Origin: Candidatus Multivoradales bacterium
GTDB lineage: Bacteria; Acidobacteriota; Thermoanaerobaculia; Multivoradales; JAHEKO01
Direction: 5' to 3'
DNA: 64,000 nt
Assembly: GCA_965248055.1 (NCBI GenBank)
Contig: CBDFIJ010000004.1
Span: 2,176,001 to 2,240,000, forward strand
Part shown: positions 40,381 to 50,785 of the stretch, in pieces
Position numbering within the stretch: position 1 is the first letter of the stretch
Layout of the letters: each line of letters begins with the position of its first letter
Notes under the pieces: model-generated
What the model was told of the DNA's origin: nothing
The model's input: only the letters and a program-made list of their open reading frames with translations
Database searches by the model: none
Made by a program: the position numbers and the translations under genes

Positions 40381-41661
40381 TCAGTGTGTGAGTACCGTCA
40401 GCCGGGAACTGCCCTGAAACGAAACCAACCACAACCAAGAATTCAGTACTGCCAGGGTGATGACGGCGATCGTCACGGGTTTGATGGCCACCCGGTGAAT
40501 AGACAAGAGCATGCCAGCGACGACGACCAGCATGGGAAGAGTCTCAATATACGCTCGGTTTCCATACGAATCGCCGAACCACCAACACCACCAGTTGCCG
40601 TTGATAACAGCGAAAGCCGAGAAAGAAACCAACGCTGACCACGCAAGAATACGCAACTTGCGTTTGCGTGTTGCAAAGACAACGACGCCTATGAGTAACA
40701 AGTAAGCGGGGTGGTAGACGAACAGCCCGTGGCGGGCATTAAACAGCCCCGATACGATTCCTTGGATCCCGGAAGTGAAGCCCTCGCCAGGATATGACGA
40801 TACTTGCAGGCCACCCCACATCATGTGCAGTGTTCCGAAATGCACCACCGCAGCTAAGGCGGGGCCCAAGGCAGACCAGATGAGTCTTAGTGTTACTCCC
40901 CCTCGAAACCATACCAGCGTAGCCAAGAAAGGCAGGAGTGCGACATTGGAATTGCGGATGAGCAGCAGAAGTCCCAAGAGAAGACCAGCGCCAATAGCAC
41001 CGGTGGTTGACCAAGGACGAGAAGGGTCGTGGCGTGAGATCACCGAAATCAAGAAGCACAGCACACCGATTCCCGCAGCGTGTGCCATTGTGGGTTCTTT
41101 GGCAATGTAGTGGAGGAGATTGGTCGCTATCGCCATCCCGGCGACCAAGAATGAAGCGATCTGCGGGTCTGTTCCCATTCTGATCAATGCTCGGCGCAAG
41201 AAGACTAAGCCGAGTATCGCGATGGCGATTAGCTCCAAGGAGACCAATACTTGATAGATCCAGGAGACACCATTTGCCGGGATGCCATGGATGCCGCGTG
41301 CAACTAAATGACCCAGGGCGACCGCGGGTAGCTCCAGGATAGGCAAGCCGACAGGGTATTTGTTTGAGGTTTCTCTTTTTGGCGTCGAGCGATAGTAGTC
41401 AGGTGGTAAGGGGTCGTACTGGTAGAGAGCCTCGTAGTCATTTTTGAAGTTGAAGTCGCGGTCGAGGACCGCTGAGCGGGCCCAAACGTAGTAACCCTTT
41501 CCATCACCGACAATCAGGTCGGGTGAGTTCCCTCGAAATAGAGATATCGCTTGCACACAGCATGAAAAGAGAAAAAAGAGGATCAAAAAGGTGCGAAACG
41601 TAAACCTATTTGTTGAAGAAACCGACATTATTTCTTTACTAGCTGAGCCACTCTGCGACAA
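40381..41661 (-). CDS. Polytopic membrane protein, GT-C-fold (family 39-like) glycosyltransferase
   Basis: GDGKGYY..ARS...DRD, KYPVG, HGLFVYHP, WWFGDSYGNR; roughly ten TM helices. Confidence 0.6.
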   Translation of the reverse strand: MSQSGSASKEIMSVSSTNRFTFRTFLILFFLFSCCVQAISLFRGNSPDLIVGDGKGYYVWARSAVLDRDFNFKNDYEALYQYDPLPPDYYRSTPKRETSNKYPVGLPILELPAVALGHLVARGIHGIPANGVSWIYQVLVSLELIAIAILGLVFLRRALIRMGTDPQIASFLVAGMAIATNLLHYIAKEPTMAHAAGIGVLCFLISVISRHDPSRPWSTTGAIGAGLLLGLLLLIRNSNVALLPFLATLVWFRGGVTLRLIWSALGPALAAVVHFGTLHMMWGGLQVSSYPGEGFTSGIQGIVSGLFNARHGLFVYHPAYLLLIGVVVFATRKRKLRILAWSALVSFSAFAVINGNWWCWWFGDSYGNRAYIETLPMLVVVAGMLLSIHRVAIKPVTIAVITLAVLNSWLWLVSFQGSSRLTVLTH

Positions 41662-41790
41662 ACGTAGACCCTAGCACCGCGTCGTGCGCGGTGTCATGGG
41701 AGACACACCAGCGAACCAGTTTCTTTCTGCTTCGTTGAGCAAGCTCAGACGTGCTGCTTCGGCGAGAGCGGCGCTTGCCCCGGACCTTTC

Positions 41791-41958
41791 TTATCGAGGG
41801 GAGTCTGACTGTCGGCTTGTGAAACCAGGGTAAAGGTCGAGAGCCACGTCCAAACATGCTGCGCTATGGGCTAATCGGCCTACTGAAATGATGTCGACGC
41901 CGGTTTCGGCAACTTCTCGAATGGTATCTGCGGAGATGTTTTCAGAGGTTTCGGCAAC
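41791..41958 (-). pseudogene. nadC: 3'-terminal remnant of quinolinate phosphoribosyltransferase
   Basis: Reads ...SENISADTIREVAETGVDIISVGRLAHSAACLDVALD..., the NadC C-terminal motif. The rest of the gene is absent. Confidence 0.8.
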
Positions 41959-41978
41959 AAATTGTGGTTAATGACCAG

Positions 41979-41999
41979 TAATACTCGATATGCGTATGA
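41979..41999. promoter_or_regulatory. Putative NadQ operator
   Basis: taATACTC-gatat-GCGTATga is one mismatch from the ATRCTC-N5-GAGYAT NadQ box (consensus from memory). Lies directly downstream of nadQ. Confidence 0.65.
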
Positions 42000-42018
42000 G
42001 TGGGCGGCGAAGGTCGTG

Positions 42019-42984
42019 TCAAGTGCTTCGATCCATCCGCCACCCGGGAAGTCCAACGCCGGGAGAAGATCGTTCACGCAACACTTCATGCCTAAAGCGG
42101 AATAACTTGGCGGGTCTTCCACCGGTGTTGCGTTCGACGTTATCGGTTTCCTCGACCAAGCCGCCCTTTTCCACCAGTCGACGAAAGTTTTGTTTGTGGA
42201 GTCGGACTCCGGCCAGAGCTTCTACGGTTTGCTGCAGTTGGAGCAGGGTGAAGGTCGGTGCCATGAGTTCAAAAACCAACGGGCGATAGCGGATCTTGCC
42301 GCGCAGGCGCGCCAAAGCAGTGGTCAAGATGCGCCGGTGGTCACTGGCCAAACTGCGGCCAAAAACCGGAATCTCGGAGGTCGCAGTCGCTCCATCGCGA
42401 CTAGCCTCAGCAACCCGCCCGGCTTCATAGAGCAATTCGTAGCGCTCCAGCACCCGCTCGCCACTCCACGGGGCTCCATCGGTGCCAAAGGTAATAGCCA
42501 GTCGCTGGTCGGCGGCTTCCCTAAGCGAGAGGGAGAGTGGTGCCTCTACCCACTGCTTCAGGGCTGGGACGACGCCATGTTTGAGAACGGCAGGTTGTCC
42601 TTTTCGCCAGTCCTCCCAGGGGATAAAGTCGTAGACTGGTTGCCAGGAAATGCCGCTTCGTTTCTGAACCGCGGTTTCTTGTACCAGAGCCAAATAGGCG
42701 ATCGATAGAACTCGGCCAGTAGCTCCCTGTGGTGTTTTTCGATCACGATCACCAAAGGTGTACAACTGCTCGACGTAGCCGAGATCGAGACCAGTCTGTT
42801 GCTGGACCCAGGAGCGTAGACCTAGTTCGAGAGTCCGGTGACTGCCTGGGTCGAGAGGTCCGAAAGGCAATGCGGGAAGATCGTTTTCTCCGTCGATGGC
42901 CAGGATTCGAGGTTCTTCATTGGTGACTGCGATGATGACTGCGTTTAAGCCTACGGTGATGGTTCCATCCATATGTACAAGCAT
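42019..42984 (-). CDS. nadQ: NAD biosynthesis regulator NadQ (NrtR-like Nudix + wHTH)
   Basis: LPFGP...HRTLELGLR.WV..QTG..LGYVEQLYTFGDR, ERYELLYEAG, DHRRIL, LHKQNFRRLV, TGGRPA.LFRF. Confidence 0.85.
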   Translation of the reverse strand: MLVHMDGTITVGLNAVIIAVTNEEPRILAIDGENDLPALPFGPLDPGSHRTLELGLRSWVQQQTGLDLGYVEQLYTFGDRDRKTPQGATGRVLSIAYLALVQETAVQKRSGISWQPVYDFIPWEDWRKGQPAVLKHGVVPALKQWVEAPLSLSLREAADQRLAITFGTDGAPWSGERVLERYELLYEAGRVAEASRDGATATSEIPVFGRSLASDHRRILTTALARLRGKIRYRPLVFELMAPTFTLLQLQQTVEALAGVRLHKQNFRRLVEKGGLVEETDNVERNTGGRPAKLFRFRHEVLRERSSPGVGLPGWRMDRST

Positions 42985-43030
42985 AAACGACCGCGTGGAT
43001 CGGTGATCCTTCGACGCTTATAATGGCCTC

Positions 43031-44755
43031 GTGGGTAAGCGAAACATAGAGTTTGTGACAAAATTCCTGGTGCTCCAGGCGATATTGTTTGTAGGTTTGT
43101 TTGGCGGCGTTCTGTCGGCTCAAGAAGTGGGCCAAGACAACGCCGAGCACGACAGCTTTGTTGAAGTGGTCGATGTCGAGATCGTCAATGTCGATGTCTG
43201 GGTCACCGATCGGCAGGGTGATCCAATCAACGGGCTGACACAAGAGGACTTTGAGGTTCTTCGCGACGGTGAGCTAATTGAAACCACAAATTTCTATGCC
43301 GTGGCTGGAGGTCGCTCAGTTCGGGTTGAACCGGAAATTGATCCTGAAGTTTCGTCGGAGATTCCCCTTCCCAGCGAACCCCTGGTGGCTCCGGAACATC
43401 AATTGTGGTTGATTGTCTATGTAGACAATTTCAACATCGACCCGATCGAGCGCAATCGCATCTTTCCAGCCTTGGAGCAATTTTTGTTTCGCACCCTCGG
43501 CCAAGGCGGCCAGGGGATGGTGGTCAGCTACGATCGTTTTCTCGACGTACGCCAGCCGTTTACCGATCAAACCGTGTTGTTGACCAATGCTTTGGCGGGA
43601 ATTCGCGATGATGCGGGGATTGGCGCCGTTCGCCGGCGCGAGCAAATGGCTGCGCTGCGCGGCATTGACAAAGCCGAGAGCGTCGAGAGTGCGTTGATGA
43701 ACGCGTATATCTATGCTGAGTCGGTACGCAGTGGAATCGATTTCACCGCAGATGCTCTGGACCGTTTGGTGGACACCTTGGCGGGGCTTCCGGGTCGCAA
43801 GGCGCTGGTGCACGTCTCCAGCGGTGTACCCATGGTGGCCGGTGAGGAGATGTTCTACGCTATAGGAGAGAAGTTTGACGCCTCCGAAGCCTACGCAGAG
43901 ATTCCCCGCCACGATACTTCGCGGCGGTTTGAAGCGGTCAGCCGTAAGGCCGCCTCGCACCGGGTGGTATTTCACACGCTGGATGCAGGTGGGCTACGAG
44001 GGATCGAATTTGGCGCAGCAGAATATGGTGGCTTTGTCAGTCCTAAGCTGCGTACCACGTTGGACTCCGTAGTCCCGGAAAATCTGCAAGCGCCGCTAAG
44101 GCTGATGGCTGAGGAAACCGGCGGCCATACGATTCTCAATCAAAACGACGTGCGGCCTGCGCTCGAACGCGTGACCCAAGATCTCGGATCTTTCTATTCT
44201 TTGGGGATCCCCTCCGTCGACGCCGACAGCGGTCGCTTTCACGAAATTGAAGTGAAATTGAAACAAAAGGATCGAGGAATTCGCGTGCGGCACCGTACCG
44301 GCTATCGCAGCAAGAGCAAAAACACCCGGTTACAAGAGACCCTGCGCTCAGCTCTGTTGTACGAGCACGAGATGAACCCGCTTGCCGCGGAGATTGGTTG
44401 GGGCAAAGCCGCGCCCTACGGCGACAAACTATTTCTCCTGCCGATCGAAGTCCGTGTGCCGTTGGGGAAAACCGTTCTACTGCCGATGCCAGACGGCAAA
44501 CACGAGGCTCGATTACGACTCTTTGTTGGGGCCGCCGCCGAAGACGGTGATCTTTCGGGGCTGGAAGAGACACCGTTTGGCGTTCGCGTTGCGCCTGAAA
44601 ACCTAGAGGCCGCTCTCGGTGAATCGTTGATCTACAACCACAAGCTGCTAGTCAACCCAGGGTTGCAAAAAGTTGGAATTGCGATCCTGGATGTTTTTGG
44701 CAACCAATCTTCGGTGATCACCGGTGTGGTGCAGGTAGGAAACTCGCAGCGATAA
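43031..44755 (+). CDS. Secreted VWFA-related (Acidobacterial-type) protein
   Basis: Signal peptide, VNVDVWVTDR.G.P..GL..EDF, LAGLPGRKALV.VS.G, LMAEETGG, FYSLG, VRHRTGY. Confidence 0.82.
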   Translation: MGKRNIEFVTKFLVLQAILFVGLFGGVLSAQEVGQDNAEHDSFVEVVDVEIVNVDVWVTDRQGDPINGLTQEDFEVLRDGELIETTNFYAVAGGRSVRVEPEIDPEVSSEIPLPSEPLVAPEHQLWLIVYVDNFNIDPIERNRIFPALEQFLFRTLGQGGQGMVVSYDRFLDVRQPFTDQTVLLTNALAGIRDDAGIGAVRRREQMAALRGIDKAESVESALMNAYIYAESVRSGIDFTADALDRLVDTLAGLPGRKALVHVSSGVPMVAGEEMFYAIGEKFDASEAYAEIPRHDTSRRFEAVSRKAASHRVVFHTLDAGGLRGIEFGAAEYGGFVSPKLRTTLDSVVPENLQAPLRLMAEETGGHTILNQNDVRPALERVTQDLGSFYSLGIPSVDADSGRFHEIEVKLKQKDRGIRVRHRTGYRSKSKNTRLQETLRSALLYEHEMNPLAAEIGWGKAAPYGDKLFLLPIEVRVPLGKTVLLPMPDGKHEARLRLFVGAAAEDGDLSGLEETPFGVRVAPENLEAALGESLIYNHKLLVNPGLQKVGIAILDVFGNQSSVITGVVQVGNSQR

Positions 44756-44813
44756 TTGAACCCGCGACGCCGAGAGTCGCCTTCAATCCGGTCCACACTG
44801 TCTTTCGAGCGTG

Positions 44814-46085
44814 TTACTCCAGGTAGGACAGCATGTCGCGCGCGGTTTGTGCTTCCGCGTCTTCCGGGGCCAGAGTGAGGAACTTTTCCAATGCCGCCTT
44901 GGCCTCGACGTTTTCTCTGCGCGAAACATGATCTAAGCCAACGAAGTAGTAAGCCTTGCCTAAGTTCGGGTCGAGGCTCAAAGCTAAGCGTGAAAGTCTT
45001 GCCGCTTGCTCAGGTTGACCGCTGTTCCAAAGATCACCCGCTTGCTCAACCAACTTGACGCCACCGAAGTCGGGGTCGATTTCGGCCAGCCGGGGCGCGA
45101 TTTCCGTCAAGTCTTCAGTTCGACCCAGGGCGTCGTAGGCGTCATAAAGCACCCGCAACGTCCGGACGTCTTCGGATCCCAGCTCCAGTGCCTTTTCAGC
45201 TGCCGCTGCCGCTTCCGCGTAGTCGCCGTTGGCGTACTCCAGCGTTGCTACAGCGTGGTGTGCGTCGTGCAGCGACGGGTCGAGCTCCGCTGCTCTTCGA
45301 AACTTGGTCAACGCGGTGATCTGATCCTTGGCTTGGAATGCGGTGGCCCCTTCATTGTAAAGACGCCGGGCTGAAGCCACAGCGTCTTCCGCTTGATCCA
45401 AGGCGGCGCTCACCAATTCCGCATCGTCGTTGCGACCCAACACCAAGAGCGCTTGGTGTTTGACGCGCAGCGCTTCGACATTTCCAGGTGCCAGGGCGAG
45501 GGTCTGGTTGGCGGCAGCAATTGCGCTTTCGGACTCTCCGGAGTCCAACAGCACCTGACTGAGAACCATATTGGCGGGAACCAAAGAAGGGTCTGAGCTG
45601 AGGGCTTCCTCAAGCTTAGAGCGGGCGGTTGTCAGATCGCCGTCTTGCTGGGCGGTGAGCCCGGCATTGAACGCCTCGATCGCGACATTGGTCGATCCCG
45701 TGACCACAGCACCCAGATCCCCGTGACTTTCAATCACTTGGCTTTGTGAAGCTTCCATGACGAACTCTTCCCGTGTCTGCCGAGTCACCGACGGAGAATA
45801 GGGCTGGGTAAAACTCTGGAAGCCAGACTTTTCAAACAGGAGGTTGAAGAGATACTGTGATTGGCTGTTTTGAAAACGGATCTTGAACTCGCCGTCTCCG
45901 TCGGTGGTCAAAGTCTTGCGAAAGGAGGTTAGTTCTTCGGAGGTTATGGTCACCTTGGCACCCGAGAGGGGGCTCCCATCGCTGTCTACCACGGTGCCAC
46001 GTAACAGACCGTTTTGAGCCCACGCCAAGGAGGAGAGCAGTAAGCAGGTAAAGCCGACGATCCAAGTTCGTTTGGTATGAATCAT
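44814..46085 (-). CDS. Secreted carboxypeptidase-regulatory-like domain + TPR protein
   Basis: Signal peptide MIHTKRTW...AWA; LRGTVVDSDGSPLSGAKV; multiple TPR repeats. Confidence 0.82.
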   Translation of the reverse strand: MIHTKRTWIVGFTCLLLSSLAWAQNGLLRGTVVDSDGSPLSGAKVTITSEELTSFRKTLTTDGDGEFKIRFQNSQSQYLFNLLFEKSGFQSFTQPYSPSVTRQTREEFVMEASQSQVIESHGDLGAVVTGSTNVAIEAFNAGLTAQQDGDLTTARSKLEEALSSDPSLVPANMVLSQVLLDSGESESAIAAANQTLALAPGNVEALRVKHQALLVLGRNDDAELVSAALDQAEDAVASARRLYNEGATAFQAKDQITALTKFRRAAELDPSLHDAHHAVATLEYANGDYAEAAAAAEKALELGSEDVRTLRVLYDAYDALGRTEDLTEIAPRLAEIDPDFGGVKLVEQAGDLWNSGQPEQAARLSRLALSLDPNLGKAYYFVGLDHVSRRENVEAKAALEKFLTLAPEDAEAQTARDMLSYLE

Positions 46086-46193
46086 GAAATGAGATCTCCC
46101 GGTGGTCAGGTAATTTAGTGGCAAAGCGCTTACTATATCCAGTGAAATCATGGCAGTCTTTTTCGCCAGCACAACCCGTTGAGGTTCTCTACT

Positions 46194-47993
46194 ATGCAAA
46201 ACCAAATCCACAAGCCTGAAGTGGCATCGATTCGACAACGTCTGGGGTCGGCTAGGTGGCTGCTGACCTTAGCTTTGCTGATCCAAATGCAGGGACGAGT
46301 GCCATTGCTGGCCCAAGAAACGGAGACCCAGTCGCCAAGTTTCTTGGAAGCAGTGGACGTTCGCGTGATCAATGTTGACGTCTCAGTGACTGACAAGTCG
46401 GGAGTGCCGGTGGCGGGGTTGAGCGCCGAGGATTTCGAGCTCAAGGTGGATGGAGAAGTTATCCCGATTACCAACTTCTATGCCGAATCGGGCGGCAGGG
46501 CGCGCGAAGTTACGAGCACGGTTCGGAAGTCGGATTCGGAGTTCCGAACGGTGGAGGAAGTGGCGGCAGATCCTCGCAGATCTCACGTCGTCGTCTTAGT
46601 CGATCATTCTCGGCTTCGTCCCAATAATCGCAAACGTGCATTCACCGCTCTGCGGGTCGCGGTGGACCGCTTGGCCCCCCAAGATTTGGTTGCCATCGTC
46701 GGGATCGAAAAAGAGTCAGTCGTCTTCTATTCAGATTTCCTCTATGACCGCCAGGCGATCCACCGAGTTCTCGATCGTCTACTCAAGGTTTCGACTCCCA
46801 GCAATATCGCCGAGATAGAGCGACGACAGATCGTCAACGAGCTCACCCGTGGTCAAAGTGGAGGTATCCAAGCGCGAGCTTCGCTGGCTCAAGATGGTGC
46901 GTTGATGTCTCGCGTGCGCGCTTATGCCGCCCAAGAGTATCAGCGTGGAATACAGTCTTTGCAGCAGATCGAACAGATCGTCGCAACCATGGCGGGTATT
47001 CGCGGACGCAAGGCCCTTTTCTATCTTGGAGAGGGGGTACCCACACGGCCCGGTGAAGGCTTATACGTCGAATGGAGAAACCGATTTGGTGGTAGCGAAT
47101 CGAATTCAATCATTGGCATGCGACGGACAGACTTCAATACCGACTACACCCGGGCAGTTGGGCGATATGACTTGACAGCTCCAATGCGTAGCTTGGCGTC
47201 TTCGGCGAACCGTTCTGGAGTTACGATGTATGCAATTGATGCTGAAGGCTCGCATGGTGCGCTCATGCGTTCGGCACTGAGTGAGCAAGGTGCATCTTCC
47301 GAAACGCTGTCAGTGATTGACGAAAACTACCGAACGCCATTGGAATATGCTTCCAAAGCGACCGGTGGGCGCTTGTTGCAGTCATCCGGTTTGTTGTCGG
47401 AACAGTTGACCAGCGTGGTACAGAATCTGGGTGTCTTCTATTCCTTGGGGTTTAGTCCGCCAGAGAGTTGGGAGCCAGGGTCAGACCATCGGATCAAGAT
47501 TAAGGTGGTTGGCAAAGGCCTCGATGCGTGGCATAGAGAGACGGTTGGGCTACCTCAGAAAGATGAGCGAGAAGCGAGCGCTACGGTAGCCGCATTGATG
47601 TATCAATCCACGTACAACCCCTTGAGCGTTATTGCAACTCCTGAGGCCGGTACGGCGAGAGATGACGGATCAATTGCTTTACCAATTCTCTTGGAACTGC
47701 CAGTGGCGCTGATGGGTCTTTTGCCAATGGAGGGAATGCATCAGAGTTCGTTAACCATCTATGTGACGACCAAGAGCAAAGACGGTCGAGCCAGCCAAGT
47801 ACAAAAGATACCGTTCAATCTCAGCATCCCAGACGACAAACTTGCTGCTGCCCAAGAGGACTCTGCATACTACACTCTACCGGTTGTTTTGCGCCCGGGA
47901 GATCAGCAGGTTGCTATCGGGATACGGGACAATATCAAAGGGTTATTTTCGGCGATTCGGGTTGAAGTGACCGAGCTCTCATCCACTGAGTAG
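46194..47993 (+). CDS. Secreted VWFA-related (Acidobacterial-type) protein, paralogue of 43031-44755
   Basis: INVDVSVTDKSG.PV.GL..EDF, MAGIRGRKALFYLGEG, ATGG, FYSLGF. Confidence 0.82.
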   Translation: MQNQIHKPEVASIRQRLGSARWLLTLALLIQMQGRVPLLAQETETQSPSFLEAVDVRVINVDVSVTDKSGVPVAGLSAEDFELKVDGEVIPITNFYAESGGRAREVTSTVRKSDSEFRTVEEVAADPRRSHVVVLVDHSRLRPNNRKRAFTALRVAVDRLAPQDLVAIVGIEKESVVFYSDFLYDRQAIHRVLDRLLKVSTPSNIAEIERRQIVNELTRGQSGGIQARASLAQDGALMSRVRAYAAQEYQRGIQSLQQIEQIVATMAGIRGRKALFYLGEGVPTRPGEGLYVEWRNRFGGSESNSIIGMRRTDFNTDYTRAVGRYDLTAPMRSLASSANRSGVTMYAIDAEGSHGALMRSALSEQGASSETLSVIDENYRTPLEYASKATGGRLLQSSGLLSEQLTSVVQNLGVFYSLGFSPPESWEPGSDHRIKIKVVGKGLDAWHRETVGLPQKDEREASATVAALMYQSTYNPLSVIATPEAGTARDDGSIALPILLELPVALMGLLPMEGMHQSSLTIYVTTKSKDGRASQVQKIPFNLSIPDDKLAAAQEDSAYYTLPVVLRPGDQQVAIGIRDNIKGLFSAIRVEVTELSSTE

Positions 47994-48998
47994 GGGCAAC
48001 CTAGTCGCAGTCAAACGCATTGCGTCACTGGTTGAGCGGATGTCTCCCGAATCTTGTGGAAATTGGTATTTGGCGTAACGTCTCCAGCGGTCAGGTTTAG
48101 TTGATTCTAGTGCTACGCGGCTGCTTGACGGTCAAGCATCCGGTGCAAGTCTTGGTACCCGTTGATGCGGTGCATCCTGATCTGACCGAAAGCGACGAGT
48201 CCCCAGAGCAAGGTAACACCCGCTGCCTCAGTCGAGAATGAGCCTTGGGTCTTGGTACGGCGCCGAAACTCACGGTTGAGATTCTCCAGCGCGTTGGTGG
48301 TCCTTGTGGATCGCCACAACGATCTCGGTAAATCGTAGAAAGTGATCAGTTCCATCCCAGCCTCTTGGAAGCTCCTGGCTACTGCGGGCACCAGCTTGGA
48401 CCACTTGGTAACAAAGATCGAATAGCTCTCTCGGGCAGCCAGGGCATCTTGGGCTCGCACCACTTGATCCCAGTCTCTCTTGAGCTCACCATGAGCATGC
48501 TTAGGGCAGTACTTCTTCAGGTTTTCCCACTTGTGCTGGATACAACGCTGGACTTTGGCCTCTGGCCAAGCCCTGACTCCCACCGCCAAACCCTTGTGGC
48601 CGTCTGAGACCAGGAGATGCGGTGCTTTCAAGCCCCTGCGTTTAAGATCTTCAATCAACCACTTCCAGTGACTGCCTGCCTCACTGGCTGCTAACCGTAG
48701 AGCTACCAGGACTTTGGTGCCATCTTCTCTTACCCCCAGAGCAGCCAGCACCGGAGCTGACACCACTCGCCGAGCAAGCCGCACTTTCAAGTGAAAGCCA
48801 ACAAGAAACAAGATCGGGTAGCTTTCCTCAGACAGGCCTCGCTCACTCCAACGGGCAAAGTGCTCCTTCAAACGCGATACCACCCGAGACACAGCGCTCT
48901 TGGATAGATGCTCCCTGCCCAGCAGTGGAGTCCCTATCTGCCAACGTAGCTGAGACACTTGGCCCCCTGATAATTAGAGGGCGGAAGGAGGTTTCAGT

Positions 48999-49478
48999 AT
49001 GTTTCAGAATCAGCCCATATTGCCCGTCTCGCCGAAGGCGACCGAGGAGCGTAGCGACGAGGGAGCCGGAGGGGAGACGGCGCAGTTGTCCTCGACCCCC
49101 GAATCGGTACCCGACCCTGAGATCGAGGCTCGACCCGCCAGACGGCGGTTTACGGCAAAGTACAAGCTGGCGATCTTGGAGCAGGCCGACGCTTGCTCCA
49201 GCCGAGAGGAGGTCGGGTCCCTGTTGCGCCGGGAGGGTCTCTACTCATCTCATCTATCTAACTGGCGCCTAGCTCGGCGACGGGGATCGCTTGCCGCGCT
49301 CGGCAAAAGCCGTGGACGCAAACCCAAAAGGCACCCGTTGGAAAGCAAGGTTGCTCGACTAGAGCGGGAGAAGACTCGGCTTGAGAACGAATTGCACAGG
49401 GCACAGCTGATCATCGATGTGCAAAGAAAAGTAGCCGGGCTGCTGGGTATCCCCTCAGAGGGCGAGAAGAACTCGTGA
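48999..49478 (+). CDS. IS3 transposase OrfA
   Basis: RRRFTAKYKLAIL...LLRREGLYSSHLSNWR HTH followed by a leucine zipper. Confidence 0.88.
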   Translation: MFQNQPILPVSPKATEERSDEGAGGETAQLSSTPESVPDPEIEARPARRRFTAKYKLAILEQADACSSREEVGSLLRREGLYSSHLSNWRLARRRGSLAALGKSRGRKPKRHPLESKVARLEREKTRLENELHRAQLIIDVQRKVAGLLGIPSEGEKNS

Positions 49479-50488
49479 AAGCGGCCAGGACGCTGGCTCC
49501 GTGGGTCGGTATCGCACCGGCCTGCCGGAGCCTGAGCGTCAGTCGTGCAACGTTCTATCGTCGGCTTCGGCCGAGATCAACCGAGCCTCAGCAGCCTCGA
49601 CCGACTCCAGCTCGGGCACTGACAGTCAGCGAAAAACAACAGGTCCTTGACCTACTCAACGGGCCGCGCTTTGTCGACGCTGCACCGGCGGCCGTGGTGG
49701 CCACCCTTCTCGACGAAGAACGCTATCTGTGCTCGGAGCGCACCATGTACCGACTCCTGGCAGCTGAGAAGACGCTGCAGGAGAGACGGCGCCAACGCCG
49801 CCATCCGGTCTATACCAAGCCAGAGCTACTCGCCACAGCGGCAAACCAAGTCTGGAGCTGGGATATCACCCGGCTGCGAGGTCCTCAGCCGGGATGGTGG
49901 TTCTATCTCTACGTTGTCCTCGATATCTTCAGCCGCTATGTGGTCGGCTGGATGCTCGCCGAGCACGAACGCGAGGCCTTAGCCCAAAGGCTTCTCAAGG
50001 AGACCTCAACCAAGCAAGGCATTCCCAAGAATCAGCTAACCCTACACAGTGATCGGGGCTCGCCGATGACCGCCAAGGACACCGGACGACTCCTCGTAAG
50101 GCTTGGTATCTCTCAGTCGTTCTCGCGGCCTCGCATCTCCAACGATAATCCCTTCTCCGAAGCCCAATTCAAGACCCTCAAGTATCACCCGAGCTTTCCC
50201 GATCGGTTCGGCTCGATCGAGGACGCTATCGCCTTCTGCAGGTCGTTCTTTATCTGGTACAACACCCAGCACCGTCACGCCGGCATCGCCATGCTGACAC
50301 CCGAAGATGTCCACTACGGCAAGGCCGACCACAAGCTCAAGATCCGTCAACTGGCCCTTGACCAAGCTTGGCGAAACAACCCACAGCGATTTGTCCGTGG
50401 AAGACCGACCGTTCAGCTATTACCGAGGGCCGTCTGGATCAACCCACCCAAACATCAGCGCACCAAGGAGGTTGTCCCGATTCACTAA
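49475..50488 (+). CDS. IS3 transposase OrfB (integrase core)
   Basis: NQVWSWDIT, HSDRG, SNDNPFSEAQFKTLK. GTGA overlap with orfA. Confidence 0.9.
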   Translation: MKAARTLAPWVGIAPACRSLSVSRATFYRRLRPRSTEPQQPRPTPARALTVSEKQQVLDLLNGPRFVDAAPAAVVATLLDEERYLCSERTMYRLLAAEKTLQERRRQRRHPVYTKPELLATAANQVWSWDITRLRGPQPGWWFYLYVVLDIFSRYVVGWMLAEHEREALAQRLLKETSTKQGIPKNQLTLHSDRGSPMTAKDTGRLLVRLGISQSFSRPRISNDNPFSEAQFKTLKYHPSFPDRFGSIEDAIAFCRSFFIWYNTQHRHAGIAMLTPEDVHYGKADHKLKIRQLALDQAWRNNPQRFVRGRPTVQLLPRAVWINPPKHQRTKEVVPIH

Positions 50489-50785
50489 TTAGTTCTGCCA
50501 ACTGTCTCAAAGTTGTTGACAGGTTCCGAGTCAAGGCCTTCTTGATCCGACGGCTGTTGGCCCCTGCTAGGTAGCAGCCGAGAATCGCTTCATCCACCTC
50601 TAGGGTGCGCCGCTGGTAGCGCTCAACAAGATGGCTTTGAAACTCCTCAGTGGATCCATCTTGGACTACTACCCGACCACGAGGAATTCGCAGTTGCCGG
50701 GATCCGTATCGGGTCGTGATCAGAGGTGGACCCCAATCGTTGGACAGGTCAGCGGCCAAATTAAGGTGGAATCCGGGGTTCATTG

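Larger units (their letters stand above)
48932..50528 (+). mobile_element. IS3-family element A, inserted in IS256
   Basis: IR cores TGCCAACGTAGCTGAGACA / TGTCAACAACTTTGAGACA; AGT target duplication. Confidence 0.88.
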
